From the IMG/VR virus record IMGVR_UViG_3300048033_001554, positions 20,354-84,353 of that record: DNA of 64,000 bases; one strand, written 5' to 3'. Below the pieces are notes generated by a model. It saw only the letters and a list, made by a program, of their open reading frames with translations, made no database searches and was not told the origin of the DNA. This stretch comes from a virus. The translations under genes were made by a program, and so were the position numbers. Below are positions 47,367 through 55,586 of this stretch, piece after piece. Position 1 is the first letter of the stretch. Every line of letters starts with the position of its first letter.

Positions 47367-48131
47367 TTAACCTTTTCTAGGATTGTTGAAATCTACTGGC
47401 GTTCCGTCTCTTCCGGTATAAAAGAAGCATCCATTTTTTTCTATTACTTTGTCTTTAGTATTGTACCAATCTTCGTACACACATGAATCACCACTCACCC
47501 ACAAAATATTCCTATCCATAATCTTTACCCAACAATTGAAAATATTACCAACGATGGTTGAGTTTGGTGGAGTAAAAGATTTTACTTTATCCACTTCTTC
47601 TTTAGTATTAAATACGTGCATAATTGCATTTACACCAACTTCAGTCATTCCCCATATGCAAATCACCTTAGCGCCTCTTTCAATAAAAGCATCAATGATA
47701 TCATATGTGACTGGCTCGGATCCAACCATAAATGTTTTGCCACTCAAATTAAGATCCTTGAAGCCTTTAGTCATCATTACGCCTTTAGCTTGTTTAGGAG
47801 TCAAGTGTGTATGAGTATATTTATCAACTGCTCTTACATACTGGTAAGGGCTGAAAGGCTCAATCGTTAGTTTAGCACCCGCAATCAAAGCTGGTATAGA
47901 CTGTGCAAATAAACCACCGGCTCTTTCAAGGCTTAAACACGTATATACTGAACTGTCTTTAGTTATTTCTTGTACCTTTATAGCATTTAAAGCATCAGCT
48001 TTTATTTTTGCGGGAGGTTGATACACTTCTTTTGGGATACCAGAAGAACCAGAGGTTTTAATTGTGATACCTTTATCTATTACATCAAGTAAATATTTGT
48101 GCTGGCTATCGTTCAAAGTAGTTGAACCCAA
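47367..48131 (-). CDS. Truncated AMP-binding (ANL adenylation) domain protein
   Basis: TSGSSGIPK (A3); VGSEP; WGMTE (A5); YNTKD (A7); YTGR (A8); the C-terminal subdomain is missing. Confidence 0.78.
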   Translation of the reverse strand: MGSTTLNDSQHKYLLDVIDKGITIKTSGSSGIPKEVYQPPAKIKADALNAIKVQEITKDSSVYTCLSLERAGGLFAQSIPALIAGAKLTIEPFSPYQYVRAVDKYTHTHLTPKQAKGVMMTKGFKDLNLSGKTFMVGSEPVTYDIIDAFIERGAKVICIWGMTEVGVNAIMHVFNTKEEVDKVKSFTPPNSTIVGNIFNCWVKIMDRNILWVSGDSCVYEDWYNTKDKVIEKNGCFFYTGRDGTPVDFNNPRKG

Positions 48132-49236
48132 ACTCTCGGTCTACGTAACGTAAGACATGATGGCCCATAAAGCGTTCAGTGATTGTCTTAAACATTTCAT
48201 CGTTTTGGTCTGCAACATATCTTTTAAGTACATTAGTTTCTTCTAGGTTATTAGAAGCTCTATGTGTTGCCCACATCCAAAAATCGTTTTCGTAAATAGA
48301 ACCACCGTGGTAGATTAAATTGATTAAATCTTCAACTGCTCGATAGTTTAATATGCAAAGTTCATTTGCTTCATCTTGGGTAATCTCACCACGAATATAT
48401 TGGGAATGTATTTGAGCATTCTTAACTGTCATATACAAAGAGTTGGCACTCATTGGTTCAAAGAATACGGCACGATTACCACTCTTTAATATTTTTCCAT
48501 CTATTGTCTTCTTACAATAATACGGTTTTAAACTAAATGTTCGGAAGTCTTTAATGTCTTTTTCGGTAGCATTTGTAATACGAATAAGTTCTTGTTCGGC
48601 TTCTAGTCTTGTAGCAAATGCGTCATTATATAAAAGCCCGTGAGACGTGCGATGCTGTAATGGAATCACAAACATCCACCCATACTTATGAGCAACGTGG
48701 CGAGTAAAGCCAAAGTCAGACGGTTCAGGATCATCATAAACAAGAGCAGAATTTAGAATTAAATCACATTCTTTGTAATCGGTAAAATCAGTTGGTCTAC
48801 CACGGCAATCAATTACGTAGTCATATTCTTCTAAGTCTTCGTATTCTACGTTTGCATTTAATAGTTTATAATTTGGATATAACTTCTTTAATCTTTCCAA
48901 CCCCATTTTTGCAAAGTCACGAGCATCAAAATGAACAGCATGATAACCTGATTGGAATGGAAATATAATATCATCTTTACGCCAATCAATATAGTGTGTA
49001 CCATATTTTGTAGTACTATTTAATTCTTTAGATTCAGTAGCAAATATGAAATCAAATGCTTGACCAATCGCAAAGGTAACTTCTGATGTCGTGCTTTCAC
49101 CAACACCAAGGATTGGAATGTTTGGATCAAAAATATGAGTAACTTCGCAATCAATACCACGATTTTTAAAATCTCTTAGAATACATCCGGTAGTTAGTAT
49201 GCCAGCGCTTCCTGCACCTAATATTGCAATTTTCAT
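48106..49236 (-). CDS. Tryptophan-halogenase-family flavoprotein
   Basis: GAGSAG; GVGESTT; STTKYG (catalytic Lys position); IDCRG; GWMFVIP; FFEPMSA. Confidence 0.82.
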   Translation of the reverse strand: MKIAILGAGSAGILTTGCILRDFKNRGIDCEVTHIFDPNIPILGVGESTTSEVTFAIGQAFDFIFATESKELNSTTKYGTHYIDWRKDDIIFPFQSGYHAVHFDARDFAKMGLERLKKLYPNYKLLNANVEYEDLEEYDYVIDCRGRPTDFTDYKECDLILNSALVYDDPEPSDFGFTRHVAHKYGWMFVIPLQHRTSHGLLYNDAFATRLEAEQELIRITNATEKDIKDFRTFSLKPYYCKKTIDGKILKSGNRAVFFEPMSANSLYMTVKNAQIHSQYIRGEITQDEANELCILNYRAVEDLINLIYHGGSIYENDFWMWATHRASNNLEETNVLKRYVADQNDEMFKTITERFMGHHVLRYVDREFGFNYFER

Positions 49237-49748
49237 TCTTCACCTCTTGCTTCTAAATACTTTTTATTATTTAATTTCCATATGTTTTGATTAACACCAA
49301 ACACTTCTTCGTTACTTACATGCTCAACAAGCCCATTCTTTTCAAGTATATAATATAGCTTATTTAATCTTAACATACTTCCGCTTGCATCATTATCAGT
49401 ATTTGTTGTGATATAGATTGGTTCTCCATTAGCCAGATCAATAACTATTGGAAGGTGATAATAAAACATCCAACAATTCATGTGATTGCGGCTTAACCCG
49501 CCAGGCCTAGAATATAATTGAGCACCTCGATATAAAGCTCTATACCCGTCTTTAAATCCATGAAGACCGCTTATCCCAACAATTTTATCGTCTACATATG
49601 TGGCAAACCAAATACCACGATTTTCTATAGTTTCCTCAAACCTCATAGCTTCAAGTGAGTTGTTATTTTTAAACCCAAGTTTATCACACTCGTTAATAAA
49701 TTCTATCAACGCAGGTGAAGTGCCAAATAGAAGACTAGTTTCAATCAT
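49233..49748 (-). CDS. GNAT-like protein
   Basis: WFATYVDDKIVGISGLH..YRALYRGA; IYITTN. Confidence 0.5.
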   Translation of the reverse strand: MIETSLLFGTSPALIEFINECDKLGFKNNNSLEAMRFEETIENRGIWFATYVDDKIVGISGLHGFKDGYRALYRGAQLYSRPGGLSRNHMNCWMFYYHLPIVIDLANGEPIYITTNTDNDASGSMLRLNKLYYILEKNGLVEHVSNEEVFGVNQNIWKLNNKKYLEARGEE

Positions 49749-50992
49749 GAGAATTTAAACTCTAAGTCCTTATAAACTGTCGTACTGCCGAACATTGCTG
49801 GTAATAATTCTGGTTCTTTTGTCATTTCGAAGGTATCAAATCGATCTAGCATTTCGTTAATAATGATTTCAAGAAAATGCTTTACGAGAAAATCGCCAGT
49901 ACAATGGTGAGGACCATAAGCAAGAGTAACTGGTAACGGTTCATCATCACGCTCTAATTTAAATTCGTGTGGATCTTTAAAATACTTAGGATCTCTATTA
50001 GCACCATACGTATATAATAGAACACGTCCGTTTTGATCAAACTTATATCCGTGGTAATCTATTGTTTCAGTAATGTCACGAATGCCACCTTTAAGAGGTG
50101 CAAGCCTCATAGACTCTCGTGCAAATTTAGGAACTAAAGATCTATCAGCTTTTACTCTCTTCACAATTTCCGGATACTTACAAAAATTCATACAAAGGTT
50201 TTGATACATACTTAATGCAAAGGTTGGAATAACTACTGTCCATAGTGATTGGATAAACATATATCCCATTAGCTTTGGGTTGTCGTTATATTCTGTTTGT
50301 TTATCATTTAAGTTATACGCCATGTTTACCATGGTGTCTTTATCTCGACCTTCAAGCATATAGTACTCTAATGACTCACCTACGATCCGAGCAAACATAT
50401 GGTAGAATTCTGTAGTTTCAGCTACTGGCTTATCATAGTCAAAGTCAGGATTAAAATTAGAGAATACGTTCCCAGGTCTCATCCATTCATGAAAGCCATC
50501 TTTAACATAATCTTCGGTAACATCTAATTCTGAGAATGGAAACTCTATTGTTTGAATTTGAGTATCAGTTACAATACGACCAATGTAATCATATGATTTA
50601 AATGATTTGCCTTTTGGTATTCTATCTAAATGATTTGTTAAGTTGTTTTTAAAGATTTCGGTAAAATCACCTGCCCGGCGTTTGATCCAATCTAAACTAT
50701 GCTTTTTTGCTAAATGATGGTGAGGACCTTCACGCAATGTTAATGCGTAACCGGCACGCCAAATTCCACCGAGCGGCGTAGGATCAAAAGGTGCAGGAGA
50801 TGTTTTTGCAAGGCTAAATGTTTCATTCATCTTGGAAGCTTCTTTGAGCTTATCCATAGAAAAAATAATCCAATGCCTATAAACAGGGTGCCAGAAAAAA
50901 CCACGTTCTTCATTTTCAAATAAGAACTGAGTGTGCTCTTCCATTTTATACAAGAAATCTGGATTTACAATATCAAAATCAATTTTACGCAT
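49745..50992 (-). CDS. Cytochrome P450
   Basis: K-helix ESMR (ExxR); ANRDPKYFKDPHEFKLER meander; heme ligand loop AYGPHHCTG; EGPHHH in the C-helix region. Confidence 0.9.
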   Translation of the reverse strand: MRKIDFDIVNPDFLYKMEEHTQFLFENEERGFFWHPVYRHWIIFSMDKLKEASKMNETFSLAKTSPAPFDPTPLGGIWRAGYALTLREGPHHHLAKKHSLDWIKRRAGDFTEIFKNNLTNHLDRIPKGKSFKSYDYIGRIVTDTQIQTIEFPFSELDVTEDYVKDGFHEWMRPGNVFSNFNPDFDYDKPVAETTEFYHMFARIVGESLEYYMLEGRDKDTMVNMAYNLNDKQTEYNDNPKLMGYMFIQSLWTVVIPTFALSMYQNLCMNFCKYPEIVKRVKADRSLVPKFARESMRLAPLKGGIRDITETIDYHGYKFDQNGRVLLYTYGANRDPKYFKDPHEFKLERDDEPLPVTLAYGPHHCTGDFLVKHFLEIIINEMLDRFDTFEMTKEPELLPAMFGSTTVYKDLEFKFS

Positions 50993-51011
50993 TATATAAA
51001 GTCCGTGTTAA

Positions 51012-51314
51012 TTAAAGATCAGCGGTTTCCGGTGTAAATGTGATAGACCATCCTTCAGATCGCAACTGAGCTTTAACACCCTCAGAAACATCTGCCATCA
51101 TTATTTGGTATTCTTCAACTGCGGCATCATTCCATTCAGTTACAACTGTATGCGTATTGCCGTCACTGCTTATTACCGTACTCCTATTTCCGTTTTCTAG
51201 ACAAACATCTAAATAATATGTTACTTCTAACGGCAATAGAGATGATATGTATTGCAATGCTTCTCGAGCGGTGAGCTCTGTGCTTGGTGTGAAAACAACT
51301 TGTTGTGATATCAT
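51012..51314 (-). CDS. Hypothetical acidic protein (100 aa), first gene of the P450 operon
   Basis: GAGGA SD; GATAAATA late-promoter variant at 51340-51347. Confidence 0.65.
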   Translation of the reverse strand: MISQQVVFTPSTELTAREALQYISSLLPLEVTYYLDVCLENGNRSTVISSDGNTHTVVTEWNDAAVEEYQIMMADVSEGVKAQLRSEGWSITFTPETADL

Positions 51315-51338
51315 AGTAATCCTCGTCTATTAATACTT

Positions 51339-52013
51339 CTATTTATCTAGTTTTCCTATAATAGTAAACCTTTTAACGTCTTCTTCAAAGCGATGATCTA
51401 TTTCATCCGAATAAATTATATCAAACATTGGATGCATTTGGTCTTCAAATTCTTCTAAAGTATCTACAGTATTAATGTGATCTTTTAATCCATGCATATT
51501 ATTTGATTGAAAAATAAAAGTTGGGTTGTTTTTAAAATCATATTTTTTCCAGCCAGGCCAATGTTTCATAGGAGGCATATGTTCGCAAGAAGTGTTTATT
51601 ACTACATCACAATTATTAAAATGCCATAGCCTATTTAACCATACATCTGCTTCAAAAAATTCAGGCCTTTTTATCTCTTTGAATAGTTCATTTGCTAATT
51701 CTATAGCATATTTGTCCATATCCCAGCCATAAACTTTGCGAGCATCTCTACTAAGTAAAAGAGGAACAAGTATAGATCCAAACCAGCAACCCATTATTCC
51801 ATAAGTTTGATCTGGCTTTGTTAGCTCGTATTCGTCCATTAATTCAATTAAATGTTTTTTAGAATCACATTGATTTAAAGAAAACGAATCAACAAGTTCT
51901 TTAGATTTACCCCAAATGTTTTTGCGTGCATCAATTTCTATAATGCTTATAACTCTTCTAAAAAGCTTTCTAGAGTATTCATCGTTTAATAAAAACTCAC
52001 TATTAATCATCAA
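51339..52013 (-). CDS. Class I SAM-dependent methyltransferase-like protein
   Basis: WGKSKEL; IMGCWFG; YGWDMD; INTSCEHM; FQSNN. Confidence 0.75.
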   Translation of the reverse strand: MMINSEFLLNDEYSRKLFRRVISIIEIDARKNIWGKSKELVDSFSLNQCDSKKHLIELMDEYELTKPDQTYGIMGCWFGSILVPLLLSRDARKVYGWDMDKYAIELANELFKEIKRPEFFEADVWLNRLWHFNNCDVVINTSCEHMPPMKHWPGWKKYDFKNNPTFIFQSNNMHGLKDHINTVDTLEEFEDQMHPMFDIIYSDEIDHRFEEDVKRFTIIGKLDK

Positions 52014-52734
52014 AAGACTCCCAGTATTCTATAGCCCAATTAGTATTAGAGTCATGTATGTCGTCACCTTCACCGTGCGAATTATTAAAAAGGCATACTT
52101 TGTAGTCAGGCCTATACTTACCTTTTTCCATATCTTCTGGCCAAGAGGCTCCACCGTTAAATGAATAAACTAGTTTTTTGTCATTATGGAATTGTATTAT
52201 TGATAGGAATCTATAGAATAGCGTTTTATCTAAAGATCTATATTTTAAAGAGTAATAATTATAGTTACTATTGAATAGCTTATCACTAAGATCTTCGGTG
52301 GATTGTTTGTTACCAATCACAAAAGAGCTATTTACATCGCATGTAATTTTACCGTAATTTCTTTTGATGTTATCTTGGTCTGCCCATTCGTTCCTAATGA
52401 AGTATGGCTTATCTTCTAACTCTACGCTATCTACGTAAGAAGTAATGTCACTTAAAATAAGAATATCTAAATCTAAAAGGAGTGTTTTTGTTTTAAAGTA
52501 ATTGAGTAGTTTAATTTTTTCTGCAGTAAAAACTTTGCCGCCCCATTGACCTTCGGCAACCTCAAATTCTTTTAAATCAAGAATGTTTATTTCTGGCTTA
52601 ATTCCAAATTGATTGTCTGTTGCGCAATAAAAGGTAAACGGATTGTCATAGAACTTTGCACACATATTGTATAATCTATTAACGTATTCGGGTCCATACT
52701 TATCACCCCATTTTAAACATACTATATTTAGCAT
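52003..52734 (-). CDS. GT-A glycosyltransferase-like protein
   Basis: VCLKWGDKYGPEYVNRL; FYCATD; LLLDLDILI; VNSS. Confidence 0.72.
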   Translation of the reverse strand: MLNIVCLKWGDKYGPEYVNRLYNMCAKFYDNPFTFYCATDNQFGIKPEINILDLKEFEVAEGQWGGKVFTAEKIKLLNYFKTKTLLLDLDILILSDITSYVDSVELEDKPYFIRNEWADQDNIKRNYGKITCDVNSSFVIGNKQSTEDLSDKLFNSNYNYYSLKYRSLDKTLFYRFLSIIQFHNDKKLVYSFNGGASWPEDMEKGKYRPDYKVCLFNNSHGEGDDIHDSNTNWAIEYWESFDD

Positions 52735-52771
52735 AATATACCTTTTCGCTGTAACATAATGTATTATATCA

Positions 52772-52803
52772 TATTTATATGTGATCGTAAACACTTATAA
52801 ATA
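52772..52803. promoter_or_regulatory. Divergent late promoters
   Basis: TATAAATA (-) at 52772-52779 and (+) at 52796-52803. Confidence 0.75.
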
Positions 52804-52820
52804 TTATAGGAGGATATATC

Positions 52821-53402
52821 ATGCTTAGAGTTATTGCAGTTAGAACCGGAAACAAATACGATCAATGGTACGAAGACAATTTAAAACACATGATAGATAC
52901 TTATTCTGGTTTAAAATATGACGAGTTCGTTGTAATACGTGAAGATTTATATGACGATGAAAGAGGCGTATTTAACAAATTGCAAATGTTTGATAGATTC
53001 AAAGATGGTCAAAACATTTACTTTGATTTAGATATGATTATTAAAGGTGATTGTAACCATTTATTAAGAAAAGAATTTACTCTTTGCCATGCTCATTGGA
53101 GAGAACCAGATCATACTCCTCTTAATTCGTCTATAGTATCTTGGGAAGGTGATGTGTCTTATATAACTAACGTATTCCACAAAGATCACGAGTATGCTTT
53201 TACAAAATATTACCGCGGAATAGATCAATACATATATGAAAACGTAGCTTATAAGACTTATTCAGAAGATGATGGATACGTATCATTTCAAACAATAACT
53301 GAAGAAACAAAAGCTCCTGTATACTTGTTTAATCAAAGATACGAAGAATTAGTTAAAGAAGATTGGTACACTAAGTATCAAATACCAACCCAAAGTTCTT
53401 AG
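52821..53402 (+). CDS. GT-A glycosyltransferase-like protein
   Basis: VRTGNKY; FNKLQMF; IYFDLDMII; LNSSIVSW; GIDQY. Confidence 0.72.
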   Translation: MLRVIAVRTGNKYDQWYEDNLKHMIDTYSGLKYDEFVVIREDLYDDERGVFNKLQMFDRFKDGQNIYFDLDMIIKGDCNHLLRKEFTLCHAHWREPDHTPLNSSIVSWEGDVSYITNVFHKDHEYAFTKYYRGIDQYIYENVAYKTYSEDDGYVSFQTITEETKAPVYLFNQRYEELVKEDWYTKYQIPTQSS

Positions 53403-55068
53403 AAATAAAATGAACTAATACGACATTATCTTTTGCGCATTCGGCTTTAAATTTATCCAAGGCTCTTCCATGATCTGGTGTTCCTTTTTCTAAAGCTTTA
53501 ACTCTACCCAAAAAATCTTGATAGTGCCAACATTCTGGTATATTAATAAAAGGAGCGTTTCCTTTTTTTAATTTAAATGAAAATATAGTTTCATTATCGT
53601 ATCCGAAAGCTTTTCTCACATTTTCATGATACAAAGAGTACTCGTCTTCTTTTAGCTCTTTCATTTGTGTTATTACATCTTCTATATCAGAAAAGTAATC
53701 TAATTTTTCCATACCATATCTAGAAGCACAAACAACTCCAGTATTGAAAACGTTGTTGTCACCATTTAGTCCATTTTCAACTAGCAAAGCATGAGTATTC
53801 CAGTACTTAGATCGTTGATTTCTAAAATCGTAATCGTATACTTTAAAGTACAAGTTTAAATTTTTAGCTGGTATCATCAAATCTTTTTTAGTTGCGTATT
53901 TGCAACATATAGCATAGTCTAAAGGAAAATAATCAAATATATTATATTGTTGTCTAAAGTAGACATCTAAATCTACGTAGGCTACATGGTCGTACTCATG
54001 TGTTAGTTCATCTAGTAAATATATTTTATATAGGTTTACTACGTCATACTCAGATAAATCTGGAAACCTGGCTTTAAAAGATTCGTACTTATCATCTCTT
54101 CCGTAATGCTTATATGTTGCGCCAATATTACCAGCATATTTGTTATGATTAGAAATTAGATTATCATAGTACTTAATGAGTTGTTGTTTTACCATTAAGC
54201 TTTTTGGTATTTTCGAATCATTATAATTTTTTGGATTATCTAATCTATCGTCTGGTATTTCAATATGAATGCTAAATATACATTGAGTTTTATCTTTAAA
54301 AAACGCATTAAACTGTTTATTGATAAAGTGCAAACAATGCCCTTTAATATCTTTGGGTTTTTCATTTAATATATTGTGCCACTCATCTTTTAATATAACG
54401 TATGGAATATTATATTTCTCTATGATATAAGAGAATATGCTTTCGTTATTAGGATAATATTGTTTTTCAATGATTGCGGTTTTTGCATTTTTAAGATCAT
54501 TGATTTTATTAATAGCTTCTTTAGAATTTTCTATAAAGTTTAGTTGTTTGATATGTTTGCTTGACCCGATAATAACGCCAGTATTAATTACGTTATTATC
54601 TTTACCATCTAATAAATCTTTTGTTATGTGGTATTTTAATGTAGGATTTCTAAGACCCAAGTAACCAAATAGCATAGAATGCTTTTCTTTGGAATATATT
54701 TCATCATTTGTATCTTTAAAGTGAATGCCTTTACTAATGTCATGTTCGGTAAACACGTTTAAATTTGTATTAAATACTACATCCATATCAACGTACATAA
54801 CTTCATCGTACTTATCAGATAGGTCTAGCATTAAATGATGCTTATGCAAATTAGTTCTTGTAAATTCGAGTTCTTTATCTAATTTAAAATCATTCATTGT
54901 ATTACGATACAGCACAAAGTCTACGCCGATAGAGTCAGCGTAGTCTTTTTTGTTTTGAACTAATCTGTCGAAATATTCTTCAACTAATAATTGCTTAGCT
55001 TGCGACTCATGTGGTAAGTCATCATTATGCAAATCATCGTATGAAGTAAAAATAACACGTTTTATCAT
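53371..55068 (-). CDS. Tandem two-domain GT-A glycosyltransferase-like protein
   Basis: Duplicated YD.V.YVD.DV.F, NTGV, NE(S/T)IFS, WH and HFI.K.F motifs. Confidence 0.78.
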   Translation of the reverse strand: MIKRVIFTSYDDLHNDDLPHESQAKQLLVEEYFDRLVQNKKDYADSIGVDFVLYRNTMNDFKLDKELEFTRTNLHKHHLMLDLSDKYDEVMYVDMDVVFNTNLNVFTEHDISKGIHFKDTNDEIYSKEKHSMLFGYLGLRNPTLKYHITKDLLDGKDNNVINTGVIIGSSKHIKQLNFIENSKEAINKINDLKNAKTAIIEKQYYPNNESIFSYIIEKYNIPYVILKDEWHNILNEKPKDIKGHCLHFINKQFNAFFKDKTQCIFSIHIEIPDDRLDNPKNYNDSKIPKSLMVKQQLIKYYDNLISNHNKYAGNIGATYKHYGRDDKYESFKARFPDLSEYDVVNLYKIYLLDELTHEYDHVAYVDLDVYFRQQYNIFDYFPLDYAICCKYATKKDLMIPAKNLNLYFKVYDYDFRNQRSKYWNTHALLVENGLNGDNNVFNTGVVCASRYGMEKLDYFSDIEDVITQMKELKEDEYSLYHENVRKAFGYDNETIFSFKLKKGNAPFINIPECWHYQDFLGRVKALEKGTPDHGRALDKFKAECAKDNVVLVHFISKNFGLVFDT

Positions 55069-55085
55069 AATATACTTTATTTAGT

Positions 55086-55574
55086 TTATAACATAGTATC
55101 GTAAATAGCAATAGCTTTCATAAGTGTTGGTGCTTTTCTAAGTGCTCTTTTAACATCAGCATCTGCAGTTTTCATTGCTTCCGACTCAAACGCCCAAATT
55201 TTAAATTTAAAGATTTCATCTTTATCTTCGTTTAGTTCTAAAAAGTCTTCCCACAAAATAGATCCTGATGAATTTGAATTGCTTGCTGAGCTAAAGTCTT
55301 CACCAAACTTTTCCTCTAGCATTATTTTCGCTGCGTTTTCTATTTCAATGTTATAAGCCAAAGACTGGGCTTGTTTAAATTCTACCGTGGCATCAAGAAT
55401 CTTTTCAGAATCCCAACCTTCAGCAACTAATGCTTTGTAATCCTCATCGTCAGGATTAGCCTCAAGATTATATACAGCTAAATTACCAGCTGAGTCTTCA
55501 TAACGTATTTTAACAATGCTGTACTCTTCATTCACGTATACAGCATCTACTATTTTTCCACTAAATTCTGCCAT
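55086..55574 (-). CDS. Hypothetical acidic protein
   Basis: AGGAG SD; directly downstream of the fibre-like gene. Confidence 0.7.
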   Translation of the reverse strand: MAEFSGKIVDAVYVNEEYSIVKIRYEDSAGNLAVYNLEANPDDEDYKALVAEGWDSEKILDATVEFKQAQSLAYNIEIENAAKIMLEEKFGEDFSSASNSNSSGSILWEDFLELNEDKDEIFKFKIWAFESEAMKTADADVKRALRKAPTLMKAIAIYDTML

Positions 55575-55586
55575 TATATTCTCCTA

